Shown: positions 54,738-64,000, counted from the stretch's first letter. The stretch: DNA of 64,000 nt from a virus (IMGVR_UViG_3300032280_000361), one strand, 5' to 3'. Program-made: numbers and translations. Notes: a model not told the origin generated them from the letters alone.

Positions 54738-55972
54738 TAATCAGGAAGTATTAAATCAATTTTTTGTGCAACCTTAATGTGAGTATTAGCTATTTTTCTT
54801 AAAGAATCTGTCATAGAATTCATACTAAATTTAACCTTATTTGTTTCACCTAATTTCTTAGATTCAGCTGAATACTTATCATAGTTCTTATAAATGTCAA
54901 GCATCTTAACCGCTGCATTACTATAATTTACATAAAACCATTGTGTATCTTTTAGTAAGAATTGATTTGCTGCACTTTCATCAACATTTTTCAATTGCCC
55001 TTCTAATAAAACTGCACCTTTTTCATCTAAGAAATCTAAGTGCCCACTCCATTTAGAAACAACTACAGGTTTACCTGTCATACTGAATTCTAAAAGAGGT
55101 CTTCCATATCCTTCTCCATGTGTAAATGATACAGATGCCTTTACTTTAGGATGATTGTATAACTTCCACATATCTTCCTCACTTAAATCACCATGTAATA
55201 AATAGATAGGTGCTGAACCATTTACTTTAGAACTAGCATCTTCGATTTTCTTTCTCATTTCTTCTCTATCTCTTACCGAAAATCCTGCTGATGATGTTTT
55301 AAGAACTAATGCTGGTTTTTTGCCTTTACTTCTTGAAAATGCAGATAAGAAAGTTTGGATTAATCCTCCATTATCTTTTCTATCATGATATAATCCTCCA
55401 GGTAACCAATGCCCTACAAATAAAAAGATAAAATCTTCTTCGATTTGGTCTAACAATTCTAATCCACCGGTTTTATGATAATCACATCCTTCAAATAAAA
55501 CTTCAATTGGTTTAGTTAACTTATGTTCAGCTAAAATTTGTTGAGTATCTTTATGCTTTTCATGATAAATGGTATCCGCAATTCCTTTTTTAGAATGTTC
55601 GGAAGTTGTAATAATCAAATCCATTTTATTACAACCATCTATCCAATCTTTAGCAACTAAGTTAGTTTCAATACCAGCAGTTATGCCGATATTAAATTTA
55701 CCCATTCTTTGAAATTCGTTTGGAACGGTTACTTGCACATAGATATCAACCTCTCTATCTACCGATGTAACGGTATTAAGGTTAATCCATTTATGGAATT
55801 CATTTTGTGGATTTAATTGGTCCATTGGGCAATTTCCCCACTTTGTTGATACTACCTTAATATCATATAAATCTAAATCTTTAAAAGATTTTAAAAGGTC
55901 TCTACTATGGTCTCCGTAGCCACTTCTCGTAGATACTGGAGCCTGAAAAACTAATAATGGTTTTTGTGTCAT
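54737..55972 (-). CDS. Glycosyltransferase family 4 (GT-B)
   Basis: SGYG, RKDNG, GEGYGRPLLE..GKPV..WSGHLDF. Confidence 0.85.
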   Translation of the reverse strand: MTQKPLLVFQAPVSTRSGYGDHSRDLLKSFKDLDLYDIKVVSTKWGNCPMDQLNPQNEFHKWINLNTVTSVDREVDIYVQVTVPNEFQRMGKFNIGITAGIETNLVAKDWIDGCNKMDLIITTSEHSKKGIADTIYHEKHKDTQQILAEHKLTKPIEVLFEGCDYHKTGGLELLDQIEEDFIFLFVGHWLPGGLYHDRKDNGGLIQTFLSAFSRSKGKKPALVLKTSSAGFSVRDREEMRKKIEDASSKVNGSAPIYLLHGDLSEEDMWKLYNHPKVKASVSFTHGEGYGRPLLEFSMTGKPVVVSKWSGHLDFLDEKGAVLLEGQLKNVDESAANQFLLKDTQWFYVNYSNAAVKMLDIYKNYDKYSAESKKLGETNKVKFSMNSMTDSLRKIANTHIKVAQKIDLILPD

Positions 55973-55976
55973 AACT

Positions 55977-56411
55977 TTATTTTCCTGTTGAACCGAATCC
56001 GCCTTCGCCTCTTTCGGTGTTAGATAATTCGTTTACTTCGTTAAATTCAATTGGTGGATGTGGGATAATTATAATTTGACAAACTCTATCGCCTACTTTA
56101 TAATTTTCTCTCTCTACATTATCTATTCCTTGTATCTTATTGAATGTAGCCTGCAATTCTCCTCTATATCCACTATCGATTACTCCAACTGAATTACTCA
56201 ATTGTAAGTTTGTTTTTCTGATAGATGAACGAGGGAATACTAACCCTACAAATCCTTCAGGTATTTCTAATGCTATACCCAATCCATATGTTATAGAACC
56301 TAATGTTTCACCTATAATTGTTGTTGCAACTAAATCTAATCCTGCATCTCCATTTTTTGCATAAGATGGAACAACTGCATCAGGATGTATTTTTTTAATG
56401 TTTACTTTCAT
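55977..56411 (-). CDS. dut: Trimeric dUTPase
   Basis: AGLDL, PRSS, GVIDSGYRGE, GDRVCQ, RGEGGFGSTG. Confidence 0.97.
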   Translation of the reverse strand: MKVNIKKIHPDAVVPSYAKNGDAGLDLVATTIIGETLGSITYGLGIALEIPEGFVGLVFPRSSIRKTNLQLSNSVGVIDSGYRGELQATFNKIQGIDNVERENYKVGDRVCQIIIIPHPPIEFNEVNELSNTERGEGGFGSTGK

Positions 56412-56664
56412 AATATCTTCTTCTTACTTTTGCACCCAATTCTTCATTGTTCGGTGTATCTAAAATTGTTCTTTCGTCTACTGTTATTAGGTTTCTACTA
56501 CTACCCATATAACACTGTCTACATAATTGTCCAGCTCCTTCAACATATCCAATTCTGAAATCTATGTGAGTTGTTTTTAATGTATCAGTTTCTACTCCAC
56601 ATTGAATACAGGTTTCAAATATATCAAATTCATCTTTTGGAAATAATTCTAATTGCTTTCCCAT
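56395..56664 (-). CDS. Small Cys-containing hypothetical protein
   Basis: CIQC..YVEGAGQLCRQC. Confidence 0.6.
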   Translation of the reverse strand: MGKQLELFPKDEFDIFETCIQCGVETDTLKTTHIDFRIGYVEGAGQLCRQCYMGSSRNLITVDERTILDTPNNEELGAKVRRRYYESKH

Positions 56665-56665
56665 A

Positions 56666-58072
56666 TTATTCTTTTATTTTAAATAAATCAAATCGTTTTC
56701 TAGGTTTCCAATTTTTAAATGCTCCTTCCATTCCATCAATTAAAGTTTGACACATTCTTTTAGCATTATATCCATGTTCAGGAGTCATAAAGAATTCATG
56801 TCCTTTCATACCCATCTTCTTTCTCTCTTCTTTAGGGATATCATACCAATATCTCATAGCATCTGCTAAATCCTTAATATCAATTTTATCATCAATAATA
56901 TATGGTGTAGGAACTGAACCTGTCATTGTTTGTGCCTTAGCCCATAGCGGTTTAACCCATTCTCCATAAGTTACCTTATCCATTGAATCTCTCCAATTAT
57001 GAAGTGAACCTATTTTAACATAATCTTCAGCAACTAATAATTCACCACTATCCTTCCAACGGAATCCACATTGGTCTTGCAATCCACCGGTTGTTAATAC
57101 AATAATTGGTGTGCCCGCCATTACTGATTCCGCAGTTCCTAACCCGAATCCTTCATTACCACAAATGTTAATTGATACATCTGAAATATTTAAAACTTGA
57201 TTAAGTTGTTCGGTTGATAACCTTCCTGTCGAAAATTTTATATTAGTAGTAGGAGATATTCTTTGAATAACCGCAGGTAAATCTGTACCATTTTCATCAA
57301 CGGGCTGAGTATGCATCAGTAATAACACTTTATCTTTTTGCTCAGGTGTTAATGTTTTACAAAATTCATCATACGCCCAAATTACATCTGATGGTTGCTT
57401 TCTACGAATGTTTCTGTTTGACCAATGGAATACAAAATCATATTTTTTTCCTTCAAACATTTGATTCTTAAACGCATCTAATTCAGCACTTTCTTCTAAT
57501 GGTTTGTATAATTCAGAAACGCCATGAGGTACATACGATACCTGCCAATCTTCTCTAGGTACCCATGTTTTCCCATTCTCTAATTTACCAACTCTTTTGG
57601 TAATACCATAAGTTTGCTTTGAAATACACCCAATCCAATCACAACTTTCGTAGTAATCTCTGTTGTAGTGAGGGTCTGGTAAATCATCCCAAATATGATA
57701 GAAAAATATTGGTGTAGTTTGTCTGATTTCATGCTCGATATCATACAACCATATCCAATATCTCGGGTCTGTAAAGTGTAAGATAGCATCTGGATTATGC
57801 TTATCTATTAATTGCTTAACGATACCATAATCTCCGTATCCACTATAAGGGTAAATTGTTACATTACCTTCTGTTAAACCGGCAACTCTTCTTGCATCAT
57901 CAGATACATCAACAATCTTTCCCTGCTCAGGATGATTAATCGCTGCACCTAACTGAATCCAATCGTATTTGTGAAGAGTACCTAAAACTAATTCTTTTGA
58001 CATAGTAGCTATTCCACTATGCATTCTTAAATCATCTGATAAAAGTAAGATTGTCTTTCTTTTGTTCGCCAT
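56666..58072 (-). CDS. Glycosyltransferase family 4 (GT-B)
   Basis: SG, VPHG, RNIRRKQ, NEGFGL..ES..AGTPII..TGGL. Confidence 0.88.
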   Translation of the reverse strand: MANKRKTILLLSDDLRMHSGIATMSKELVLGTLHKYDWIQLGAAINHPEQGKIVDVSDDARRVAGLTEGNVTIYPYSGYGDYGIVKQLIDKHNPDAILHFTDPRYWIWLYDIEHEIRQTTPIFFYHIWDDLPDPHYNRDYYESCDWIGCISKQTYGITKRVGKLENGKTWVPREDWQVSYVPHGVSELYKPLEESAELDAFKNQMFEGKKYDFVFHWSNRNIRRKQPSDVIWAYDEFCKTLTPEQKDKVLLLMHTQPVDENGTDLPAVIQRISPTTNIKFSTGRLSTEQLNQVLNISDVSINICGNEGFGLGTAESVMAGTPIIVLTTGGLQDQCGFRWKDSGELLVAEDYVKIGSLHNWRDSMDKVTYGEWVKPLWAKAQTMTGSVPTPYIIDDKIDIKDLADAMRYWYDIPKEERKKMGMKGHEFFMTPEHGYNAKRMCQTLIDGMEGAFKNWKPRKRFDLFKIKE

Positions 58073-58093
58073 AACTTATTAATAATCTCTTTT

Positions 58094-58285
58094 TTAAAAT
58101 TGTGAACCTGATATTTGTAATTCTCCGAATGAGTCTATCTTTTGTTTAAAGATTGGGTCTTCTACATAAAGTGTAAGTGAGCGGTTAACTAATTTTTGTA
58201 AACTCATCTTATCATCTAATGTAGTTCTCTTAAATGAAGAATACAAATCTCTAAGGATTTTCACACTTGTTAATTTTACATCCAT
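58094..58285 (-). CDS. Small putative DNA-binding protein (RHH-like)
   Basis: KLTSVKI strand followed by two helices; start placed at MDVKL. Confidence 0.5.
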   Translation of the reverse strand: MDVKLTSVKILRDLYSSFKRTTLDDKMSLQKLVNRSLTLYVEDPIFKQKIDSFGELQISGSQF

Positions 58286-58361
58286 ATCTATCGTTTTGTA
58301 TTTGTATATATAGATATATATATGTATTTTTGATAAAACGATAAGTTTTTTGAATATTTTT

Positions 58362-59225
58362 TTAATCTTTATAAAGTGGACAGAGTTTTCTTTCTTTGAA
58401 CTCACACCAATTACAAGATGTTCCTTTTTTAGTTGGATAATCTATATCTCTATAGTTTCCGGCTTCATCAAACACCGTATTCACAAACTCCATAAATCCA
58501 TTCCATGCTTTATTTACAGATGGTTTACCGCTTGCTGGCACATGCTTTGAGATACGAGGAATAGGATAATCAGCATCCTCTTTAACTTTTCTTTTTAGTA
58601 TATGGAATTCTACCTTAACTTTATCCTCACTTATGTTATATTTCTCAGCATAGAATTTTTTGTAGATAAGAATCTGTGCGTTTTTAATTGGGTCTGATTT
58701 CTGATATTTACTCCAACCCGCAGTTGATGTTTTGAAATCTATAATTGTAACTGATTTATCCCATGTATCTCTAACGATAACATCTACAAATCCTATGAAA
58801 TTTACATTATCTTTAATTTGCATATTAAGTGGTAACTCAATAGCAACTAATTCAAATCCTTTCTTATTAAAAAAACTTCCTAATTTAGTTTTGAAGTAGT
58901 GAATTATCTTTCTACCATCTCCGTAGAATTCTTCCAACTCTTCTTTTGTGCAAGGAAATTCTCCTTCTCCTAACTTTTCTTTTTCTTTGTTAAAATTTTC
59001 AACTAATCTTTTTCCCAAAAGTCCATCTAAATCTAAAGCCATTGCAGCAGTTTTAGTGGTATTATACATTATATCTAAAAAGTGTTGTAGAGTTTCGTGC
59101 ATAGCAGTACCAAATATCAAATGTATATTTGCATTTGATACAGATAACTTATCTATATAATTTAATTTGTATTGTTGCGGACAAGTTGTCCACATTGAAT
59201 ATTGTGAAAACGAAACTCTTCCCAT
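58362..59225 (-). CDS. PD-(D/E)xK exonuclease (RecB/Cas4-like, four Cys)
   Basis: SFSQ..CP, FGTAMH, E..GFVD..IIDFKT, Q..Y, CNWC..C. Confidence 0.88.
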   Translation of the reverse strand: MGRVSFSQYSMWTTCPQQYKLNYIDKLSVSNANIHLIFGTAMHETLQHFLDIMYNTTKTAAMALDLDGLLGKRLVENFNKEKEKLGEGEFPCTKEELEEFYGDGRKIIHYFKTKLGSFFNKKGFELVAIELPLNMQIKDNVNFIGFVDVIVRDTWDKSVTIIDFKTSTAGWSKYQKSDPIKNAQILIYKKFYAEKYNISEDKVKVEFHILKRKVKEDADYPIPRISKHVPASGKPSVNKAWNGFMEFVNTVFDEAGNYRDIDYPTKKGTSCNWCEFKERKLCPLYKD

Positions 59226-59228
59226 TGA

Positions 59229-59693
59229 TTATTTTTTACTTTTTTTAACTTTTTCCGTCTTAGGTAATTTTTCTTTACCTTTAATTCCATACTTATCTTT
59301 TAAGTATTGTTTATATTCTTCACCTTCTTTAATACAAGTTAAAATATGATAATAATCTATAGCAGTTGATTTAGAACATCCATATTCCTGTTGAAGTAAC
59401 CCCACTATTTGTTCATCTGATGTTTCCTCTGCTTTACCTTTTATATATCTGAAATAATATCTGCCAGATGGAATTATACCAATTAATAATTTATAAAATA
59501 ATTCCGGTTCTAAAGTTTGAGTTAATGGTTGCAATTGAGCAATCATATCTACAAAATCATAATTCATCGAAAGAAATCTATGAATCATATAATTACTCCA
59601 AGTCTTTTTATCTTCTTCCGATAAATCTCTGAAGTAATCCGGTTTTTGGTCTTTTGATATTGCGTTTAAATGGTCAAATAATGTCTTAGCCAT
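59229..59693 (-). CDS. Clamp loader small subunit (T4 gp62-like)
   Basis: LFDHLNAI..YMIHRFLSM; lies near large subunit. Confidence 0.65.
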   Translation of the reverse strand: MAKTLFDHLNAISKDQKPDYFRDLSEEDKKTWSNYMIHRFLSMNYDFVDMIAQLQPLTQTLEPELFYKLLIGIIPSGRYYFRYIKGKAEETSDEQIVGLLQQEYGCSKSTAIDYYHILTCIKEGEEYKQYLKDKYGIKGKEKLPKTEKVKKSKK

Positions 59694-60265
59694 TAGCTTT
59701 TGATATAAGTGTTATAAAATTTTTGTTTAAATTGTTCATACCCAATTCTACAATTTTCTATCCAGTCTTCAGTCCCTCCATCATCGCTTACCCATTTGTA
59801 AGAAGTGATAGGTATTTTGAACTCTCTACAAACTCTAGTGATTGAGTATAATTCCATCTCAAAGATACTACAATTATTTAATAATTCCAACTTTTGAGAA
59901 GGGAAAGATTTAATTTTATCCTTTGTTATGAACGTTTCAGTTGTGAAGCATTTAACCCCCATATCCATTACAGGAAACGAACCACCATCTTCTTCAAATG
60001 GGGTAACTGAATATCTTACAAATGGTTCTGCATCCATATCACCATTGAATACTTCTTTTACGGTTACTAATGTTCCTTTTTCTAATTGGAATGAACCACA
60101 ACTCCCAAAGTTACACACAAATTTAGGGTTATATTGTTGAATAGCTAATGCAGTTTTATACCCTGCATTTATCTTACCAACTCCAGTATGAATTATCGGT
60201 GAACCAAATAGAGTAGTTTCTCCATTTGATTCATCCGGCAATGCACATATGAATAATACTTCCAT
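59693..60265 (-). CDS. Nucleoside phosphorylase / MTA-SAH nucleosidase fold protein
   Basis: ALPDE, TGVGKINA, NFGSCG, EME, KWVSD. Confidence 0.85.
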   Translation of the reverse strand: MEVLFICALPDESNGETTLFGSPIIHTGVGKINAGYKTALAIQQYNPKFVCNFGSCGSFQLEKGTLVTVKEVFNGDMDAEPFVRYSVTPFEEDGGSFPVMDMGVKCFTTETFITKDKIKSFPSQKLELLNNCSIFEMELYSITRVCREFKIPITSYKWVSDDGGTEDWIENCRIGYEQFKQKFYNTYIKS

Positions 60266-60266
60266 A

Positions 60267-60584
60267 TTAAATTTCTAATGAACTTTTAGTAACTACAGGC
60301 TCTTCAGGTGTAGTAGGTGTTTCTGTTTGTGGTGTCGATTGTCTTCTTAATTCAGCTGGTAATAATTCATCCAATGGTTTCCCACAATTACCACATAATA
60401 ATACATCCACCGGTAATACAGCATCTTTAGCAGTATTTGCTACGAATCTTGAAATCTTCTTCATCATTACTGCCTGAATAAAGTACGGGTAATTACAATG
60501 AGGACAATTCATGTCTTGTGCTTGAGATAAATCCACTCTAGGTTGTTGTGGAACTCCTGGTTGGTTTCCTAAAATTTGTGCCAT
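60267..60584 (-). CDS. Zinc-ribbon hypothetical protein
   Basis: CPHC and CGNCG. Confidence 0.6.
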   Translation of the reverse strand: MAQILGNQPGVPQQPRVDLSQAQDMNCPHCNYPYFIQAVMMKKISRFVANTAKDAVLPVDVLLCGNCGKPLDELLPAELRRQSTPQTETPTTPEEPVVTKSSLEI

Positions 60585-60595
60585 TTTGTTTTGTT

Positions 60596-61516
60596 TTAAT
60601 TTATATTTAATTTTCTTTTCAAATTCTCTTTTAATACATCATATACCTTTCGATGTCCATTTTCATTTGGATGTGAGTTATCAGGTGTTCCCATTGGTCT
60701 ATCCGGTAACAGAAACTCTTTCCAAACAGTTGTATCACTACCACTATAAATCGGTTCTATGAGTATATCAGTTATTTTATTAGCCTCATCTATTTCATCA
60801 ACAAAGAAAAAGTTTTCTTGCCTAAATGATTCATAGAACGCATTTCTTTCATCACTATTTTCAGTTAGAAACTTAATCATTGTTTTACCAAAGAAATTAA
60901 AATCTGAAAATTCATAATTTCTATATTCTAACTTATAACCCATAACCGGTACAGGTATATCAAAAAATAGGTGTTCTACATTATTTGCCTTAAACCATTT
61001 GTGAACTAAGTATAAAAGATATGTGTTTTGCTTATACAACTCCTTCATATAAGAAACCCATTTGTTATGGTCAAAATCTTTTTTATAAGACCAATAAGTT
61101 CTTTCGTAAAAAGGTTTGTAATCTGTCCAATATCCTACCCAATCATCTATTCTTAATATCTCAGGCTTTTCTTTATATTTCTTTTCAAAATCATCTATTG
61201 AAAATGTATTGGTAAACACTTCCTTATAAAATCGATTATCATAAAATGGATTTTGTAGAAGGTCTTTATCAATTTGTCTTTCAAAGTATGTAGTCTGAAA
61301 TAGAACTAATGCGTTCTTAAAAAAATCAATTGGTTTATTGAGTAATACAGTTGCACCTACGATGTTTCCTGCACCACTAATAGATAAGTTTATAAAGGGT
61401 ACACCTAAGTTATCAGCTATTCTTTGCCCGAATATCTTATCCTTATCAGCGTTTAATCCATATCCGATGGAACACCCCCATAATATTACTTTATCTATAA
61501 CTTTTTCCATACCCAC
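60596..61516 (-). CDS. SGNH/GDSL-like protein
   Basis: WGCS, NLSISGAGN, SHPNENGH. Confidence 0.65.
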   Translation of the reverse strand: MGMEKVIDKVILWGCSIGYGLNADKDKIFGQRIADNLGVPFINLSISGAGNIVGATVLLNKPIDFFKNALVLFQTTYFERQIDKDLLQNPFYDNRFYKEVFTNTFSIDDFEKKYKEKPEILRIDDWVGYWTDYKPFYERTYWSYKKDFDHNKWVSYMKELYKQNTYLLYLVHKWFKANNVEHLFFDIPVPVMGYKLEYRNYEFSDFNFFGKTMIKFLTENSDERNAFYESFRQENFFFVDEIDEANKITDILIEPIYSGSDTTVWKEFLLPDRPMGTPDNSHPNENGHRKVYDVLKENLKRKLNIN

Positions 61517-62724
61517 ATTGGTTCACAAAATCTTTTACCTCTTGCTTCCTCCGCTTTTGCTAATGCTTCCTCTGTATATCTACCTTCATCTCCTTCGATA
61601 ATAGCACCTGCTCCCGCTGAACCAGGTCTCTTCGCCATTTCCATGCCCAAACATCCTTCGTATTCCGCGCCTAATGATTTGATATAATCATTCATTGGGT
61701 TTGTAATCTCCACATATCCCTTTTCTCTATCGTTTGATTTAGCATATACATCCGCAATATTAACTGCCAAATAACCCCCTTTGCGTAACGTTGGCCATAG
61801 GTTATGAATTACTTTGTGTAGGAAATCTTCATTCCATGCATCGATTGATTTATAACGTACCCAACTCTGAGTATCATCATATGAATATCTTTCTACATTG
61901 AAGTACGGAGGTGATGTAAATACAATATCGAAGTGGTCTGTATAAGGAGAGAAATCAAAATCTTCAGCCGGTGAACAATGGAATTCTGCTCTTTTATCTG
62001 TTTCAAAAAATCCGTTATGTTTTTTATACCATTCCGCCTGTTGATTATAGATTGGATGGTTTTCTTTTCTAGGGTCAATACCTACATAATGTTCTCCATA
62101 TTCTGATGCAAAGAAACCTGCTACTCTATCACCCCATCCTGCTGAGAAATCTAATACATTCTTACACTCTAAGTAATCGTATAATGCTTTAGCTACATTT
62201 GGTTTGAATTGTGCACAAATGTACTTTCTCAATCCTAAACAAGTTCTTAGTGAGTTTCTATCAATCTCATCAAACTTAAGTGTATATAACCCACCCATAA
62301 GTGAAACCATAAACTCTTTTGTTTCCCAAGTTCTTTTTGGACCAGGTGAAACAGTTCCGTCTACACTCCAACGATTTGCTTGTTGGAAATGGTTTGATGC
62401 TTCATTACCTATATTGTTTCTACTAAAGTATTGTTGCTTACCTCTGAATGTTATTGGATATCTACTCTCCGATGCTTTCCTCGGAAACCACTCCCCTTCT
62501 TTAAGTAAGTCTGCCCACCAAGTTCCTTTTAACTTTTTATATGAATCTAATGCATCTTTTTCAGAAATATCAGCATAAGGAATAGGATACTCCATAAGAA
62601 TAGTTGCTAATGTTTCTTTAACATCATCTATAGCAAATGTAGTTTTAATGTAAGTCCAATCTTCTTTTGGTATGTGAAGATACGGCTCCATTCCTTTGTA
62701 TTTATCTAAATAATCTATATACAT
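61495..62724 (-). CDS. Putative DNA amino-methyltransferase (N4-C/N6-A type)
   Basis: VLDFSAGWGDR (motif I) followed by FTSPPYF (motif IV); start placed at MYIDY. Confidence 0.75.
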   Translation of the reverse strand: MYIDYLDKYKGMEPYLHIPKEDWTYIKTTFAIDDVKETLATILMEYPIPYADISEKDALDSYKKLKGTWWADLLKEGEWFPRKASESRYPITFRGKQQYFSRNNIGNEASNHFQQANRWSVDGTVSPGPKRTWETKEFMVSLMGGLYTLKFDEIDRNSLRTCLGLRKYICAQFKPNVAKALYDYLECKNVLDFSAGWGDRVAGFFASEYGEHYVGIDPRKENHPIYNQQAEWYKKHNGFFETDKRAEFHCSPAEDFDFSPYTDHFDIVFTSPPYFNVERYSYDDTQSWVRYKSIDAWNEDFLHKVIHNLWPTLRKGGYLAVNIADVYAKSNDREKGYVEITNPMNDYIKSLGAEYEGCLGMEMAKRPGSAGAGAIIEGDEGRYTEEALAKAEEARGKRFCEPMWVWKKL

Positions 62725-62735
62725 AATTTTTATTT

Positions 62736-63503
62736 TTAAGCTCCTACATTCCAAAATAATGAATCTGGAGAAGCCAATTCTTTAATATGTTTCCATGCTT
62801 TACTATCATACGTTAATGAAGATGGAAATGGAGGTCTTTCTTCTATAGGGCAATCTTTATGAAAAGGCATTCTTTTTGGTATTGTTATGGCTCTACCCAT
62901 TTCTTCTGTAGTTGTACCATGCCCAATTTGAACACCATATACTTTTGCATCGGGCCAAGCCATTTGCAATCCTCTACTCAATACCCCACTACTCATCACA
63001 CTCCAAACTTCTTTTGGTTCTATTAATAATCCTTTAGCAAAGTTTGCAATAGTCTGAACTATAATTGGATGGTCTAATCCAAATGGTAAACACATAGTTT
63101 TATCCCACCCTAATCCTTGCCTATCTCTAGCTCTTTTATTTATAACCGTCAACATTCCCATAGGAACTTGATTAATTTCAGCACCTAATGCTTCAGATTG
63201 TTTTGTTAATTCAGTTTTTTCATCACTATCAGGAACATAGATAATTGCTTTCTTTCCCAAATCTTTACACACATATGCGAGAGCAAGTTGTGCATATCCT
63301 TGTCTAGGTGAAGCATATACCCAATTTTCTATTTCAGGAAATCTCAAAACATAATTATAAGCTGCTCTTCTTTTAGTTCCACCTGGTAATAAATCTTCTC
63401 TAACTACATTTATACCTTCTATGTTTTCAATTACAATAGATGGTAAGTTAATTTCAGTATCTAACTGCTTATAATCAAAATCAAAAAAATCAAATTGTTT
63501 CAT
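62736..63503 (-). CDS. PLP-dependent enzyme, fold type II (ACC deaminase / Trp synthase beta-like)
   Basis: VREDLLPGGTKRR, SSG loop, YDSK, LFWN. Confidence 0.75.
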   Translation of the reverse strand: MKQFDFFDFDYKQLDTEINLPSIVIENIEGINVVREDLLPGGTKRRAAYNYVLRFPEIENWVYASPRQGYAQLALAYVCKDLGKKAIIYVPDSDEKTELTKQSEALGAEINQVPMGMLTVINKRARDRQGLGWDKTMCLPFGLDHPIIVQTIANFAKGLLIEPKEVWSVMSSGVLSRGLQMAWPDAKVYGVQIGHGTTTEEMGRAITIPKRMPFHKDCPIEERPPFPSSLTYDSKAWKHIKELASPDSLFWNVGA

Positions 63504-63774
63504 TTAGTGCTTCTTTTTTTTTGAAATATTTTAGTATTATAATTTTACCAAACGAACCTGATAATAAAAACAATATAATCGTTAACCAATCACCCTTAAG
63601 AAAACTATCTACAGACCAAGCAGTTGATGCTATCCAAAATAGTGTTTGTATATTAAATAGTATTACGGATTTTGTTATATTATTTTCAACAACCCATTTG
63701 ATTTCTAATACTTTAAAAACTGCTAAAGCTATTTGAGAAAAAATTACAAATCCGTAAACTATATATGGATGCAT
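63490..63774 (-). CDS. Small 3-TM membrane protein, paralog of 16861-17154
   Basis: FKVLEIK and GSFGK. Confidence 0.6.
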   Translation of the reverse strand: MHPYIVYGFVIFSQIALAVFKVLEIKWVVENNITKSVILFNIQTLFWIASTAWSVDSFLKGDWLTIILFLLSGSFGKIIILKYFKKKEALNETI

Positions 63775-64000
63775 TATTTAGATAAAATTTGTAATACAGT
63801 AATTATACCTGCCATAAATTGTATTTCCTTATCAACTACCAACGCATCTTTTGAGGTTGCTTCAGCTAATGCCTGGATTACAGGAGCCGTATTACCTTTT
63901 GCATAATCATCCAATTTATCATATAGATAAGAATATGTATCAGTAAAATCAGTTACTCTATTATCAGCAACTAATTGTCTAACATTCATAAACTTATTTC
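63774..64000 (-). CDS. Clamp loader large subunit (RFC/gp44-like), C-terminal fragment
   Basis: RQLVAD..LYD..VVDKEIQFMA; frame open to window edge. Confidence 0.7.
   Translation of the reverse strand, partial: NKFMNVRQLVADNRVTDFTDTYSYLYDKLDDYAKGNTAPVIQALAEATSKDALVVDKEIQFMAGIITVLQILSK

Noticed and set aside
58362-59225. Cas4-like nuclease as evidence of CRISPR-Cas
   Set aside because: No repeat-spacer array or other cas genes seen; such nucleases are common in phage replication regions
1764-63736. All plus-strand ORFs in the track (60-191 aa, e.g. 43360-43935)
   Set aside because: Almost all lie antisense to well-supported minus-strand genes, and none has a recognisable motif; treated as shadow ORFs
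1-64000. Alternative genetic code (stop-codon reassignment)
   Set aside because: Genes are full length and tightly packed under the standard code, with TAA, TAG and TGA all used as stops
1-64000. Bacterial chromosome or LPS locus interpretation
   Set aside because: No housekeeping operons; T4-like clamp loader, endolysin, phage-type small ORFs and single-strand gene packing favour a large phage, although no capsid or terminase gene lies in this window
1-64000. tRNA, rRNA, introns or IS elements
   Set aside because: Intergenic gaps are short and explained by promoters, terminators or small ORFs; no cloverleaf or transposase recognised by eye (tRNAscan/Infernal not run)

Overview
AT-rich 64 kb segment with about 90 densely packed genes, all credible ones on the minus strand and read with the standard code. 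Best read as part of a large T4-like/jumbo lytic phage of a Bacteroidota host. Phage evidence: clamp-loader subunits, PD-(D/E)xK nuclease, dUTPase, GH19 endolysin, MoxR-AAA/VWA pair. Host evidence: DUF4494-like gene, Bacteroidota-type TTTG-N20-TAnnTTTG promoters, A-rich leaders. Blocks in window order: (i) sugar kinase, radical SAM and SGNH genes; (ii) HExxH + MoxR AAA + VWA cluster behind host-type promoters with IHF-consensus boxes; (iii) a ~17.5 kb envelope block (beta-barrel protein, CsgG-like proteins, DUF2589 pair, endolysin/holin, stand-alone T9SS-CTD-like lipoproteins, two cohesin/dockerin-like secreted proteins, TonB-dependent receptor with an attenuator-like leader); (iv) small metabolic genes; (v) mosaic proteins whose modules are joined by an ESVNE linker conserved at DNA level (GAATCAGTAAACGAA), probably protease-processed head polyproteins; (vi) a ~14 kb glycan synthesis island; (vii) replication and DNA-modification genes. 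No rRNA, tRNA, CRISPR array or IS element was recognised. All family assignments come from motifs recognised by eye, not from database searches.
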